A stretch of 64,000 nt of DNA from an uncultured Dehalococcoidales bacterium. GTDB lineage: Bacteria; Chloroflexota; Dehalococcoidia; Dehalococcoidales; UBA3254. The translations under genes were made by a program, and so were the position numbers. This document shows positions 45,969 to 56,191 of the stretch, one piece after another. Under the pieces are notes generated by a model, which worked only from the letters and a program-made list of their open reading frames with translations, made no database searches and was not told where the DNA came from. The stretch's first letter is position 1. The number at the start of each line of letters is the position of its first letter. The stretch covers positions 6,579-70,578 of the forward strand of contig CAYLRY010000008.1 of NCBI GenBank assembly GCA_964386535.1, written 5' to 3'.

Positions 45969-46182
45969 GAGGACGGGTGCTCCTTTTTAGTCAGTTGTCA
46001 GCGATAGCTACTTAACCAATGATAACGTTTCTCAATCATAAGAACAAGGATAAACCTTGTAAATGCCATCGTTTTCATTTTTTAAAGGAGTCTTTAAATC
46101 CAGAAGTGCCTCATATAGTCAGATAAAATTAATAAGATTACTTAAGGAAAGGCCTTTAAAAATATGGCCTTCAAAAAACGTC

Positions 46183-46836
46183 TTACTGGATGATCTCGCA
46201 GACCTCTTTAAGTGGTTTTCTTTCCCTGAGGGATGGATTTTCAGAAGGATACCCGACAGGGATAAAGGCTATCAGGTCCAGAGGAGATTGTATCTTTAGA
46301 ATTTTTTCTATTTCTCCTTTAGCCTGAATGGGTCCGGTCATCCATACCGCGCCCAATCCTGACTTGTGCAAAGCCAATAGTAAATAAGCTATCGCAGAAG
46401 CCACGGACTGTATACGGGTATTAGCAATATTACGCCATTTCCGCATTTCTACGGCTTGTAGATCATCTTTCCCGCGGCTGGCCAGAATCTGGTCTACCGG
46501 TGATTGGTACGCAGAAGAGGCGACGGCGATGGCAGCAGGTGCATTACGGAAAAAGCTGGATCTTTGTAGTATTCGGCTGGTTGCTTCACCCAACCTGGCT
46601 GCTTCCGGCCATGAAGCAAAAAGGTCGGCACTGGACTGAACCGCATCAGCAATTGCCCGGATGACTTCCTGTTTTACAATAATATAAAAACGCCAGTTTT
46701 GCTGGTTTCCACCATTAGGAGCATAGGTAGCCAGTTCTATAGCCTCTAATAACAGATTGACATCCACCGGTTTGTTTTGCCAGGAGCGGATTGAACGCCG
46801 GCTTTTTATTAATTCAGCCAGATTATCCGTCTTCAT
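46183..46836 (-). CDS. Nitroreductase-family protein
   Basis: 217 aa: LIKSRRSIRSWQNKPVDVNLLLEAIELATYAPNGGNQQNWRFYII. Confidence 0.85.
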   Translation of the reverse strand: MKTDNLAELIKSRRSIRSWQNKPVDVNLLLEAIELATYAPNGGNQQNWRFYIIVKQEVIRAIADAVQSSADLFASWPEAARLGEATSRILQRSSFFRNAPAAIAVASSAYQSPVDQILASRGKDDLQAVEMRKWRNIANTRIQSVASAIAYLLLALHKSGLGAVWMTGPIQAKGEIEKILKIQSPLDLIAFIPVGYPSENPSLRERKPLKEVCEIIQ

Positions 46837-46875
46837 TTCAAGTCCTCCTTAAATAAATTCAAATAATTACACCTA

Positions 46876-47775
46876 TTACTCCGGTTTTTGAGCAACTACG
46901 GCATACCATTCGCTCAAATAATCGATTTTCTCCAGCTTGAAACCGGCCAGTGCCAATCTTATAAGCACTTCATCCAATCCCTGTGCATGAATTCCACTGG
47001 CAATTAGTTTTGCCCCCGGTTTAAGCACCTTAAATATGTGTCCCGTTAAATCAGATATTGTACGAGAAGTGATATTAGCCAGGATCAGGTTAAAAGCGTC
47101 CTTATTAGCCCTTGTGGTTTCTTCACCGAGAGAACCCTTTTTTATCTGAATACTACCAGATACCCTATTAAAAAAGGCATTGGTTTTTGCCGCTGCAACA
47201 GCTACAGGATCAATATCTATGGCCAGTACCGATGAAGCTCCCAGTTTGGCAGCCGCAATAGCCAGTATGCCTGAACCTGTTCCCAGGTCCAATACAGACA
47301 TCCCGGTTTGGAGGTTTTTTTCCAAATGAAGGAGACAAAGCCGGGTTGTAGGATGCAAGCCGGTGCCGAAAGCAGCACCGGGATCGAGCTCTATCAGTAT
47401 ACGTCCGGATAAAGATAATTTAAGATCCTCCCAGCTTGGTTTAATGATGATCCTGTTGCCAATTTCGATAGTACTGAAGTGCTTTTTCAGGGAGTTCATC
47501 CAGTCTTCCGGTTGCAGTATCCTTTCTTGAAGCACAGGAGATGAAATTTTCAACAACCGGTTGAGTTCCTTTTCTATCTGCCTTTTTTTCCCCTTGTAAG
47601 ACCGGTTTAAAGGGAAATAGGCTCTGATTTTATAATATTTTTCGTTGCCGGTTTCACTTTGCCATTCCTCAACGGCTGTTCCACCAGGTGCTTGTGGCTC
47701 AAGAATTGATGCAACCAGGTCAAAATTAGCCAGCCCAGCATCTACAGTAAGTTCTATCCATTTCAAATTCGTCAA
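46876..47775 (-). CDS. prmA: Ribosomal protein L11 methyltransferase
   Basis: 299 aa with a TTG start after GGGAGG. Motifs are WIELTV, FGTGLHPTTRLCL and VLDLGTGSGILAIAAAKLGA. Confidence 0.85.
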   Translation of the reverse strand: MTNLKWIELTVDAGLANFDLVASILEPQAPGGTAVEEWQSETGNEKYYKIRAYFPLNRSYKGKKRQIEKELNRLLKISSPVLQERILQPEDWMNSLKKHFSTIEIGNRIIIKPSWEDLKLSLSGRILIELDPGAAFGTGLHPTTRLCLLHLEKNLQTGMSVLDLGTGSGILAIAAAKLGASSVLAIDIDPVAVAAAKTNAFFNRVSGSIQIKKGSLGEETTRANKDAFNLILANITSRTISDLTGHIFKVLKPGAKLIASGIHAQGLDEVLIRLALAGFKLEKIDYLSEWYAVVAQKPE

Positions 47776-47964
47776 ATCCTCCCGAATTATATATTAAACC
47801 ATTTTTACCTACGGTTAGAATGTTCTATTTTTAAAATTCATGTTTATTAACATGAATCATATCCATTAAAGATACTACATTAATAAAGAATTTTAGCAAT
47901 TTTCTTCAAGACTTTTGTATGAAAACAATATATATAAATTGATAATCATATATATAAGACTCGA

Positions 47965-47993
47965 TTGACGAACAATAACGATTGTACTATACT
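47965..47993 (+). promoter_or_regulatory. Putative sigma-70-type promoter
   Basis: TTGACG, a 17-nt spacer, then TATACT. It lies ~240 nt upstream of the SBP gene at 48236. Confidence 0.25.
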
Positions 47994-48235
47994 GGTAACA
48001 ATGCCGGGCTTGTTAGCCTTTAAATGATCTTCAGGTAAGATTATACTTTGCGGTGAAAATAAGGAGGATTATTTTTCATATCAAGCATAGTGAATTGCAT
48101 TTTAGATGTATTTTACTGTGCTTTTTTATAAATACATTAAATCTTAAAATAATTTAGATATATTAAACAATTTATTCTATCACATTCTGGTCAGCATGTG
48201 AATAGTTTTTTATAAATAAATAAAGGAGGAAAGGA

Positions 48236-49933
48236 TTGAAAAAACTATTGGTTCCCCTGGTTATCCTGTTGTTAGTAAGCTCTTTTCTGGTCATGGGTTG
48301 CAGCGGTGAATCGACTACGACCAAAGCTTCTCAACCGGCAGTCACCAGCGCTACCTCGGCTGTTACTTCGTCTTCAGCCCCAGCTACAACTGCCGCCTCT
48401 AAACCGGTAACTACAACTACGGCTTTGACTACTCCACCGGCTTCAACTACGAAACCCTCTGGTACTACAACGGTTGATAAGTCAAAATACGGCGGCACTT
48501 TTCGCTGGATTGAGTCAACCGGACCAGCAACACCTTTCGGCGCTCCCTGGGAAAGCGCCGGCGCTTCGGTGTTTACACAGCAATTTTGTGAGCAATTCTT
48601 GCTCAAAGAAATGCAGGGAGGTAAGCTCGTCCCCAATCTATGCGAGTCTTTTGACGTAGTCACTAATCCCCAAAATGCTTCCATCACCTTTCATTTAAGA
48701 AAAGGGGTTAAATTCCATGACGGTAGTGATTGTAATGCTCAGGCGATCAAATTTGTCTATGAAAAGACCAAGGAAACCGGCATTGTTCGCAGCGCCTCTA
48801 TGTACTGGAAGGCCTTTAATGTGGTAGATGATTATACCCTGAGGGTTGACCTTACTACCTGGTACAACCGTTTGAGCAGAGGCTTCGCTGATAGTGTAGC
48901 TTTTGTAGTATCGCCTACTGCCCTGGAAAAAAATGGGATAGATTGGCTCAGGTGGAATATGGTAGGCACTGGCCCCTTTGTGCAGAAACAATACGTAAGA
49001 GATGTTTCTCTTACTGCCACCCGCAATCCCAATTATTGGGATCAGGGTAAACCGTATGTAGATTCAGTTCAAATATTATATGTGGTGGATGAATTAACGC
49101 GGGTTGCTCTATTCAAGTCCGGCGGCGCTGAAGTATTGAATATTGGAGGTAACCCCAGGCTTGCCGGAGAAATGGAAGCAGCCGGATTTAAGATTATTTC
49201 CCAGGCTGGAGGGGGCACGGTACTGGTCCCGGATAGTGCTAATGCGGATTCCCCGTGGTCAAATAAAAAGGTTAGGGAGGCAGCCGAATACGCTATTGAT
49301 AAAGAGTCAATAGCTAAAACTTTCGGCTACGGGTATTGGATCCCGGCTTATCAACTGAATAGCCCGGCTTCCTTAGCCCATGTCACCACACTTACTCCCC
49401 GAAAATATGACGCAGCCAAAGCCAAAGCACTGCTGACTGAAGCCGGTTACCCCAATGGTTTTAAGACCAGAATTATTGTAGGTCCCGGCACCAATATGAA
49501 CATTCCTCAGGCTGTACAGTCTTACCTTTCAAAAATAGGCATTCAGGTTACACTTGACGTAATGGAAGCTGCCAAATATAATGAAGTCACCTCCGGAACC
49601 TGGAACAACGCCCTGGTACTAAATCCCTTGATCGAGTGGGCCAATCCTAACACCGGCTTTAACTTCTTCTGGGGTACTCCCAGTTCATGGTTTAAAAGCA
49701 CCGGCAGACCGGATGGCTGGGCTGATGCAGTTATAGAATCGAACACCACTGAAGTAGCTCAGGCTTCAAATACACAAAAGCTGGAAACCATGGCTTATGA
49801 CTATGTCATGGTTATTCCTCTCTATTTCGGTACTTCATTATGGGCAACCACCAATAATATCAATGATCATGGAATCGGCACCCGCGGCGCCGGTACCTGG
49901 TTCGAACCGCAGGACTTATGGTTCAGTAAATAG
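48236..49933 (+). CDS. ABC transporter substrate-binding lipoprotein, family 5 (paralog of 908-2620)
   Basis: 565 aa with a TTG start after AAGGAGG. Lipobox is LVMGC, followed by a ~60-aa S/T/A/P linker. It shares blocks with the 908 product (NPNYWDQGKPYVDSVQI, AAEYAIDKESIAKTF, LLTEAGYPNGFKTRI). Confidence 0.85.
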   Translation: MKKLLVPLVILLLVSSFLVMGCSGESTTTKASQPAVTSATSAVTSSSAPATTAASKPVTTTTALTTPPASTTKPSGTTTVDKSKYGGTFRWIESTGPATPFGAPWESAGASVFTQQFCEQFLLKEMQGGKLVPNLCESFDVVTNPQNASITFHLRKGVKFHDGSDCNAQAIKFVYEKTKETGIVRSASMYWKAFNVVDDYTLRVDLTTWYNRLSRGFADSVAFVVSPTALEKNGIDWLRWNMVGTGPFVQKQYVRDVSLTATRNPNYWDQGKPYVDSVQILYVVDELTRVALFKSGGAEVLNIGGNPRLAGEMEAAGFKIISQAGGGTVLVPDSANADSPWSNKKVREAAEYAIDKESIAKTFGYGYWIPAYQLNSPASLAHVTTLTPRKYDAAKAKALLTEAGYPNGFKTRIIVGPGTNMNIPQAVQSYLSKIGIQVTLDVMEAAKYNEVTSGTWNNALVLNPLIEWANPNTGFNFFWGTPSSWFKSTGRPDGWADAVIESNTTEVAQASNTQKLETMAYDYVMVIPLYFGTSLWATTNNINDHGIGTRGAGTWFEPQDLWFSK

Positions 49934-49952
49934 TCTCAAGTAACAAACGCTT

Positions 49953-49989
49953 AACAAAATAGGCCGGGCATAACCCGGCCTATTTTGTT
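49953..49989. terminator. Bidirectional terminator between convergent genes
   Basis: A perfect 16-bp stem: AACAAAATAGGCCGGG cataa CCCGGCCTATTTTGTT. Confidence 0.75.
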
Positions 49990-50017
49990 AACCAAAATGA
50001 TTTATTTAATTGACCTT

Positions 50018-50794
50018 TCAGGGGCCTACAATTTTGGAAGCTCCACGGATTTCGATCTTGCCCAATTCAGGATTACCATTATAATTCAAGGTAGAAAAAT
50101 CATTCAGTTCAGCATCCAGACTGTTATTTAACATAAGGTTCGCTTGACTGGTTCCGCCGAGTATTACCCTGGCATTCCGGATAGTATAATCCGGCAGGTT
50201 GGCCAGAGTATCGCCAGATGCGTTCAGTAACAGATTATCTGCTGACCCGTTTAATGAGCACCTGCTTTTATCCGACATTTCAAGATTTAAATCCGTAGCA
50301 ATCAGACGTCCAACCAGTATGCAGGTATCTGCAAGAATCACATCGGTTTTACCTGCTTTAATATCCAGATCCAGGGTACTATCTCCGGATGCCTCTAGTT
50401 TGAAATTGTGGTCAGAACTAAAACCTTTAACTTTCCCGTGGGCCGTTCCTTTAGCGCTTATTCTGCTAAGCGCAGGAAGTGTAATAGTGGCCACCAAATT
50501 GATCCTGGAATAACTTAAAGGTTTCAGGTTAATAAAGAGAGTCTGGCCTGAATATGATACATCAACATAATCAAAGATATTTTCATTCGCCTTAATGGAA
50601 ATGCTGTAAATATCTAATGGTACTACCTCGAATTCAATAGAAGAACCGATTTCTATCTCATTAAAACCAGAGATATTATATAATTTACTTATTATTGCTC
50701 CAGTACCTGTAACCCTGCCGAAAAAAGAACATCCTGGAAATATTATTAATATCAATAATAACAATAATAAGGCTATTATTGCCAATTTTCTCAT
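50018..50794 (-). CDS. DUF2807 (GIN-domain, adhesin-head-like) lipoprotein
   Basis: 258 aa with lipobox FPGC. The repetitive beta-solenoid pattern has SGDS/GSAD/GGTS turns, as in DUF2807. Confidence 0.6.
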   Translation of the reverse strand: MRKLAIIALLLLLLILIIFPGCSFFGRVTGTGAIISKLYNISGFNEIEIGSSIEFEVVPLDIYSISIKANENIFDYVDVSYSGQTLFINLKPLSYSRINLVATITLPALSRISAKGTAHGKVKGFSSDHNFKLEASGDSTLDLDIKAGKTDVILADTCILVGRLIATDLNLEMSDKSRCSLNGSADNLLLNASGDTLANLPDYTIRNARVILGGTSQANLMLNNSLDAELNDFSTLNYNGNPELGKIEIRGASKIVGP

Positions 50795-50855
50795 TTATTC
50801 CTCATAAAATTAATAATATTTATCTAAATATTATATTATTATCAATATAATCATA

Positions 50856-51725
50856 TTATTTAATAATAACTGTAATTTTTGCTGATATAGGAGGATTTAA
50901 TGGTGTATTATTATTATTTACCAGTTGTACAGAGAATGAGTGTGTTCCGGGGGTTACATTCTGCCAGGTATAAGAGTTACCCGCTACTGCCATATAAGTA
51001 CCCGGACGGGTAGTAGCCTGTGGGCCTTGAATGGTTGGTGCCTCTACATCCTGATAAAACATCAGATGACCTTCATTAGCAAAGTTAGGCTGTCCGATTT
51101 TATCAACGATACTGAAGTTAGCCGACTCTGTAGTAATGGTAACACTATCCCCGGATATTTCTGCACCTTCACGAGGTGATACAATTACCAGCGCCGGCAT
51201 GCCAGCGCCGGCACTCACCTTGATTGAAACGGATGCTGTAACTGGTGGATTTAGGGGCGTATGGTCATTATTAACCAATTGAACAGAGAACCGGTGCTCT
51301 CCGGAGCCAACATTCTTCCAGACATAGCTGGTAGAAGAACTGGCGCTAAAGGTTCCTGGAGAGGTTTTTGCAGGCTGGTCTGGTGAGGTTGGCGGCTCGA
51401 CATCCATGTAATAAATAACATGACCCTGGCCTGAGACATTTTCTTTTTCAAAGTCACTGGTCAGTTTAAAATCGTTTACTTTTATGACTATGGTGATGCT
51501 GCCAATGCCTGATGTGGCTGCATTTTCCGGTGATGTGATCTTTACTGACGGTCCTGAAAAGAGTGTGGGTGAGGAAGCAGAAATACTGGTAACCGTAGCT
51601 AATTGTTGCGGAGCAACCGTGCTTTGAGTAATTGAGCCATTCTCTGAACAAGCTGTTAGGAAGAATAGGGAGAATACAATTACAAAGATCAACATTACAG
51701 TAAAAAACGGGCTTGGCAATTTCAT
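50856..51725 (-). CDS. Lipoprotein with two tandem ~112-aa DUF4399-like domains
   Basis: 289 aa with lipobox LTAC. The internal repeat is GHVIYYMDVEPP...GEHRFSVQLVNNDHTPLNPPVTASVSIKV against GHLMFYQDVEAP...GTHSFSVQLVNNNNTPLNPPISAKITVIIK. Confidence 0.6.
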   Translation of the reverse strand: MKLPSPFFTVMLIFVIVFSLFFLTACSENGSITQSTVAPQQLATVTSISASSPTLFSGPSVKITSPENAATSGIGSITIVIKVNDFKLTSDFEKENVSGQGHVIYYMDVEPPTSPDQPAKTSPGTFSASSSTSYVWKNVGSGEHRFSVQLVNNDHTPLNPPVTASVSIKVSAGAGMPALVIVSPREGAEISGDSVTITTESANFSIVDKIGQPNFANEGHLMFYQDVEAPTIQGPQATTRPGTYMAVAGNSYTWQNVTPGTHSFSVQLVNNNNTPLNPPISAKITVIIK

Positions 51726-52305
51726 TAATTACTCCTCTCAAGATCATTTTTTATCATTACTTGTTGGACAAAGATATATATATATTTCCTTTCAACTAAT
51801 AGTAATACACCTGGATTCCTCGTTCAGGTGGACCGAGCGTGTGTTGCCTGATAGCCCCGTAAAAAAGGGCTCAAATAAATCATATAATATAAGGGGCTTT
51901 ACTCTCAAGATGAACAGAAAACATTTCAGGATTGCAAATCCAATTATGGTATATTTTCCACGTCTTACCTATCATTAATTTGAGGTTTAGGGTTTCTTAA
52001 AAGGTTTGACTTCCCTTAAATTCATTATTCATTTACTGCAATGGGGTTGTTCCCTATGGAGAAAAAAGGAAGAATAAATGATTGGATAAAACATGGTTGA
52101 ATTGACCTGGACTAAGATGGACAACTTTTATAAGGTACCCATTACGGGATGGGTAAGTCAAAAATAGAATGTAATAAATCTATCCCTTTGGAATTTTATC
52201 CTTAGTATTCTGCTGAAGCAATCAAAATAGCGAATGTTCACGTTTGAATAAACTTCTAATAATATGTAAAAAAATTAATATTCTGTTTTATATCTAAAAT
52301 TGCAT

Positions 52306-53013
52306 TCAATCATGCTCGTCGTTTCCAGAAATAAATCCTCTTTTTAATAATTCATCAAACGCCTCAAACCATTTGAGCTGTACGTCACTGGGCCAGGTAG
52401 GGTCAAAACTGGGAAATTTGGTAAGCAATAACTCTTTCCATGACATAGTATGCGGAACTGTTTCCGCATTTTGTGGAATAGACAAATTCTGATTTGTCCT
52501 TGTTCCAATTCTTTTTGGAATTTTTTCCACAGATTGTGTCTGCTTGGAACTTTTGGATTTTTTGGTAATAAATGGGGAAAGTGTAATACCAGCATCATTA
52601 GCCAGTTCAACAAAAAATTTAATGCATTTACGGGCTACATCCCGGTCAACCTGATAATTATTATTAAAAACCTCTTCTAGCTGAGCATAAGTAGCCGTTT
52701 CCGAATTAAATGAGTCATCCATAAGGAAGGTAAAAGACTCCTGCCCTATCTTTCGTAAGATTTCAGTTCTGGAGGTGCCTCTGGCAGTCACCAGTTCTTT
52801 TAAATAACGAGTGGGCGAGCCACCGGCATCAACCAAATTTAAAAAACGCAAAGCAGACATGAGCTGAGTTCCCGTACTACCGGAAAACTTGTCACCCCAG
52901 TAGCTTCGGTCAATTCGTGCAGGTATGCCTCTCTGTAATTCCTCGAGCAGAGTTAAAAAACTGCGGTACGAGACATAAGGTGGAGAACGTTTTTTATACC
53001 TGTCAATTACCAA
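52306..53013 (-). CDS. DUF5343-like protein
   Basis: 235 aa with a TTG start. PPYVSYRSFLTLLEELQRGIPARIDRSYWGDKFSGSTGTQLMSALRFLNLVDAGGSPTRYLKELV matches my recollection of the DUF5343 N-terminal pattern. Confidence 0.45.
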   Translation of the reverse strand: MVIDRYKKRSPPYVSYRSFLTLLEELQRGIPARIDRSYWGDKFSGSTGTQLMSALRFLNLVDAGGSPTRYLKELVTARGTSRTEILRKIGQESFTFLMDDSFNSETATYAQLEEVFNNNYQVDRDVARKCIKFFVELANDAGITLSPFITKKSKSSKQTQSVEKIPKRIGTRTNQNLSIPQNAETVPHTMSWKELLLTKFPSFDPTWPSDVQLKWFEAFDELLKRGFISGNDEHD

Positions 53014-53265
53014 AGCACCGCCTCAGAAAAACGTTAAGGAAGAGCATTGCACTTATTTTATTGGAATGGAATTAAGTTTTCAAGAGGCATCAATGGAGTT
53101 ATGGTAACTCATGGCTTTTTGGTATTTTCCCAATCCTAAAAAAGTCAGGAGCCAATACTATTTTCTTATGGAATAATAAAGGACAAAGCAGGACGATTTT
53201 TGACGGATACGATTGGTAATTTATACCATAAATCCATAAATAAAAATATAACTAAGGAGGTGCCT

Positions 53266-53478
53266 GTGGGAACTAGTATTGAGTATCAAAAATTGATGAC
53301 GGAGATCGTGTACATTAATATTCCCGGTCCAGCAGAACCAACTCCGGGGATGAGTGGCGGAGAACTTCTCCATGGTTTTCTGGCAGAACTGTATAAAGCC
53401 CCAAACGCAGAAACAAAAAACTTCATAAACTCTCTTTGCCTGAAATGGAATGTGCATTACAGAGAATCTAGAGGTTAA
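53266..53478 (+). CDS. Small hypothetical protein upstream of ftsA
   Basis: GTG 53266 lies 5 nt after AAGGAGG and gives 70 aa. The track start at 53200 lacks an SD. No family was recognised. Confidence 0.4.
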   Translation: MGTSIEYQKLMTEIVYINIPGPAEPTPGMSGGELLHGFLAELYKAPNAETKNFINSLCLKWNVHYRESRG

Positions 53479-53540
53479 TAGCCGAAAAAGCAGGGGGTAA
53501 CTGGTAGCTTTAATTCTATATAATAATAGGAGAATAAATA

Positions 53541-54746
53541 ATGAAAAGGAAAATCGCGGCTATCGATGTAGGTACGACTAAAGTTTGTACCATCATGGGT
53601 ACCCTGGATAGCTCAACCGGCCTTAGAATTTTGGGAGTTGGTATCTCTCCATCTCATGGTATTGAAAAAGCTCTGGTAGCCAATATCGCGCAGGCCAAAG
53701 ATTCGATTCGCCAGTCAATCAGAAAAGCTGAAATGATGGCTGGTTACAGGCTGGATTCAGCATATATTGGCGTAACCGGAAAACATATCAGTTCCAATAA
53801 TAATAAGGGCACTATTGCCATTACTAAAACTGATCAACTGGTACGCTCGGATGACCTGAAGCGAGTTCTGGATGTGGCTCTAAACATCAAAGCCCCATCT
53901 GATAGAAAAATGCTGCATGTTATTCCGAGGTCTTATACACTGGATGGTCATGAGGTGAAGAATCCCGTAGGCATGCATGGTTATGAGCTAAATGTTGAGG
54001 CTCATGTTATAACCGCCGCCGTAGCCTCGGTTCAGAATTTGACTAAATGTATCCAGGGTGTAGGTATTGAAATAGAGGACCTGGTATTGGAACCTCTGGC
54101 CAGCGCTGAAGCAGTACTGGTTGAAGAAGAAAAACAAGCCGGCGTATTAATAGCCGATATTGGCGGAGGTACTACAGATATTGCTGTATTAAAAGACGGC
54201 AGTATCTATCATACTTCCGTTTTACCTGTAGCCGGACATCAAATTACCAGAGATATTGCAGCAGGTCTGGGTTTATCCTTCGAACTGGCTGAAGAGATGA
54301 AAAAGAAGTACGCCAATCTTTTACCCTCAGAAGATGAAGACGACAAGATCGTGGGTGAAAACGGCCATAGTGTCTCTTATAGAGACCTTTGTGACATTGT
54401 CCGTGCTAGAGTTGAAGAACTGATGCGGCTGGTAGTACTGGAATTGCCCAGGACTGATTATGCCAGATTAATCCCTTCAGGAATTGTACTCACCGGCGGT
54501 TGCGCCAATTTGCCTGGCATAGTAGAAATGACCCAAACAGTTACCCATATGCCGGTAAGAATTGGCATGCCACCTTCCCTTAACGGTGTATCCAATGCCT
54601 TGTTAAACGATCCAGCCTATGCCACCAGCGCAGGACTTATACTCTGGAAGATGAAGAACGACACTTCGGCTAACCAGAAATGGATGTCTACCAAACCCTC
54701 TGGCGTGCGTGGGTTCTTTGCATCATTAATGAAATTATTCCGCTAA
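53541..54746 (+). CDS. ftsA: Cell division protein FtsA
   Basis: 401 aa. Actin-like motifs are IAAIDVGTTKVCTIMG and ADIGGGTTDIAVL, with a C-terminal amphipathic tail GFFASLMKLF. Confidence 0.9.
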   Translation: MKRKIAAIDVGTTKVCTIMGTLDSSTGLRILGVGISPSHGIEKALVANIAQAKDSIRQSIRKAEMMAGYRLDSAYIGVTGKHISSNNNKGTIAITKTDQLVRSDDLKRVLDVALNIKAPSDRKMLHVIPRSYTLDGHEVKNPVGMHGYELNVEAHVITAAVASVQNLTKCIQGVGIEIEDLVLEPLASAEAVLVEEEKQAGVLIADIGGGTTDIAVLKDGSIYHTSVLPVAGHQITRDIAAGLGLSFELAEEMKKKYANLLPSEDEDDKIVGENGHSVSYRDLCDIVRARVEELMRLVVLELPRTDYARLIPSGIVLTGGCANLPGIVEMTQTVTHMPVRIGMPPSLNGVSNALLNDPAYATSAGLILWKMKNDTSANQKWMSTKPSGVRGFFASLMKLFR

Positions 54747-54787
54747 ATTTAAAAAATCAAACCTGAATAGAGAGAAGGAGAGAACAT

Positions 54788-55858
54788 ATGTCTAAAACCA
54801 GTTATGTACCTAGCCCGGCCAAAATTAAGGTAGTAGGAATGGGTGGGGCGGGTTGTAACGCTATCACCCGCATGGTTCGCGAGCAAATTCGCGGTGTTGA
54901 GTTTGTAGCTATGAATACCGATTCGGCTCATCTAGAAATTACTGAGGCGCCACTTCGTATTGCCCTGGGAGAAAAGCTTACCCGTGGACTGGGCGCAGGG
55001 GGTGATCATAACGTCGGGCGCAGGTCAGCCGAGGAGACCCGGGATGAAATTAAGCAGGCTTTGTCCGGGGCTGATATGGTTTTCCTGGCGGCAGGTATGG
55101 GTGGAGGAACCGGTACCGGTTCAATTGCCGTGGTAGCCGAAATGGCCAAGCAAATGGGTGCTTTAACCATTGCTACGGTAACCAAACCCTTCGGCTTTGA
55201 AGGTAACCGCCGTATGCAGGTGGCTGAAGAAGGCATCAGCCAGCTTCTTACCAAAGTAGACACATTAATAATTGTACCCAATGATCGCTTACTGGAGCTA
55301 TCTGATAACAAAACCAGCGTAGATGGTGCTTTTAAAATGGCTGATGAAATCCTGTGCCATGCAGTGCAGGCCATTGCCGAAGTGATTACTGTCCCTGGAC
55401 TGGTTAACCTGGATTTTGCCGATATTCGAGCTATTATGAAAGATGCTGGCCCTGCTTGGATGTCCATCGGCAGAGGATCAGGACAGAACCGTGCCGTTAA
55501 TGCTGCCAAGGAAGCCCTGGCGAGTCCTATGCTGGATGTCAGCATTCAGGGAGCCAAAGGTGTCCTCTTTAATGTATGTGGCGGCAATAATCTGACTCTC
55601 TTTGAGGTAAGCGATGCTGCTAAGATCATAGGTGAAGCTGTTGACCCTGAAGCCAATATCATCTTCGGTGTTAATGTAGATCCGAATATGGGCAATGAAG
55701 TACGTTTAACCCTTATTGCTACCGGTTTCGCTTCCCGTGATCAGGTATCCGGCGCTGCCAGAGATAAAGAGATTAATAAAGTTCTAAAAAGCTTAAAGTC
55801 TGAAGAGGATCTTTCAGTTCCAGCCTACATGAGATTCAAAGGAACATATCGAAGATAG
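54788..55858 (+). CDS. ftsZ: Cell division GTPase FtsZ
   Basis: 356 aa. Motifs are GMGGAGCNA, the tubulin signature GGGTGTGS and NLDFADI. Confidence 0.95.
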   Translation: MSKTSYVPSPAKIKVVGMGGAGCNAITRMVREQIRGVEFVAMNTDSAHLEITEAPLRIALGEKLTRGLGAGGDHNVGRRSAEETRDEIKQALSGADMVFLAAGMGGGTGTGSIAVVAEMAKQMGALTIATVTKPFGFEGNRRMQVAEEGISQLLTKVDTLIIVPNDRLLELSDNKTSVDGAFKMADEILCHAVQAIAEVITVPGLVNLDFADIRAIMKDAGPAWMSIGRGSGQNRAVNAAKEALASPMLDVSIQGAKGVLFNVCGGNNLTLFEVSDAAKIIGEAVDPEANIIFGVNVDPNMGNEVRLTLIATGFASRDQVSGAARDKEINKVLKSLKSEEDLSVPAYMRFKGTYRR

Positions 55859-55927
55859 CCGTCAATTATAGCCTTATCCTTACCAGGTAAGCATGGTGAG
55901 CTGTTTAGGAAAATAATAAGATATCCT

Positions 55928-55979
55928 GGCCACTCCTTGTTCAACGGTATGCAAACAAATAAGCAGGCAAGGAGTGGCC
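55928..55979 (+). other. 12-bp perfect hairpin downstream of ftsZ
   Basis: GGCCACTCCTTG (55928-55939) pairs with CAAGGAGTGGCC (55968-55979) around a 28-nt loop. No U-tract follows. Confidence 0.5.
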
Positions 55980-56146
55980 GTAAAAAACGGGTGAATTCCA
56001 TTTATTTAATTATTTGATAATCCTAAGGTTAAATAATTTTCGGCTTTGAGATAATCCAAGAAAATTAATATATTTAAACCTGCTGGTACATGCACAACGG
56101 CTAAAGGACCGATCCTCCCTCCGTTGTCATTTCACATACCGGGCTA

Positions 56147-56191
56147 CCCCCCTTAACCGTGCTCTCCTTCCAAAAAGTCGGTTAAGGGGGG
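56147..56191 (+). other. 13-bp perfect hairpin in the leader of the MobA-HD gene
   Basis: CCCCCCTTAACCG (56147-56159) pairs with CGGTTAAGGGGGG (56179-56191) around a 19-nt loop. It is preceded by a 7-bp hairpin (ACAACGG/CCGTTGT). Confidence 0.5.

Noticed and set aside
44575-45990. Plus-strand ORFs of 168, 115 and 155 aa.
   Set aside because: They are antisense to the DHA2 MFS gene. Membrane-protein genes commonly generate long shadow ORFs.
55006-55545. 179-aa reverse-strand ORF.
   Set aside because: It is antisense to ftsZ.
55928-55979. Calling the 12-bp hairpin after ftsZ a canonical intrinsic terminator.
   Set aside because: No U-tract follows it on the plus strand and the 28-nt loop is unusually large. 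It is kept only as an unexplained hairpin.
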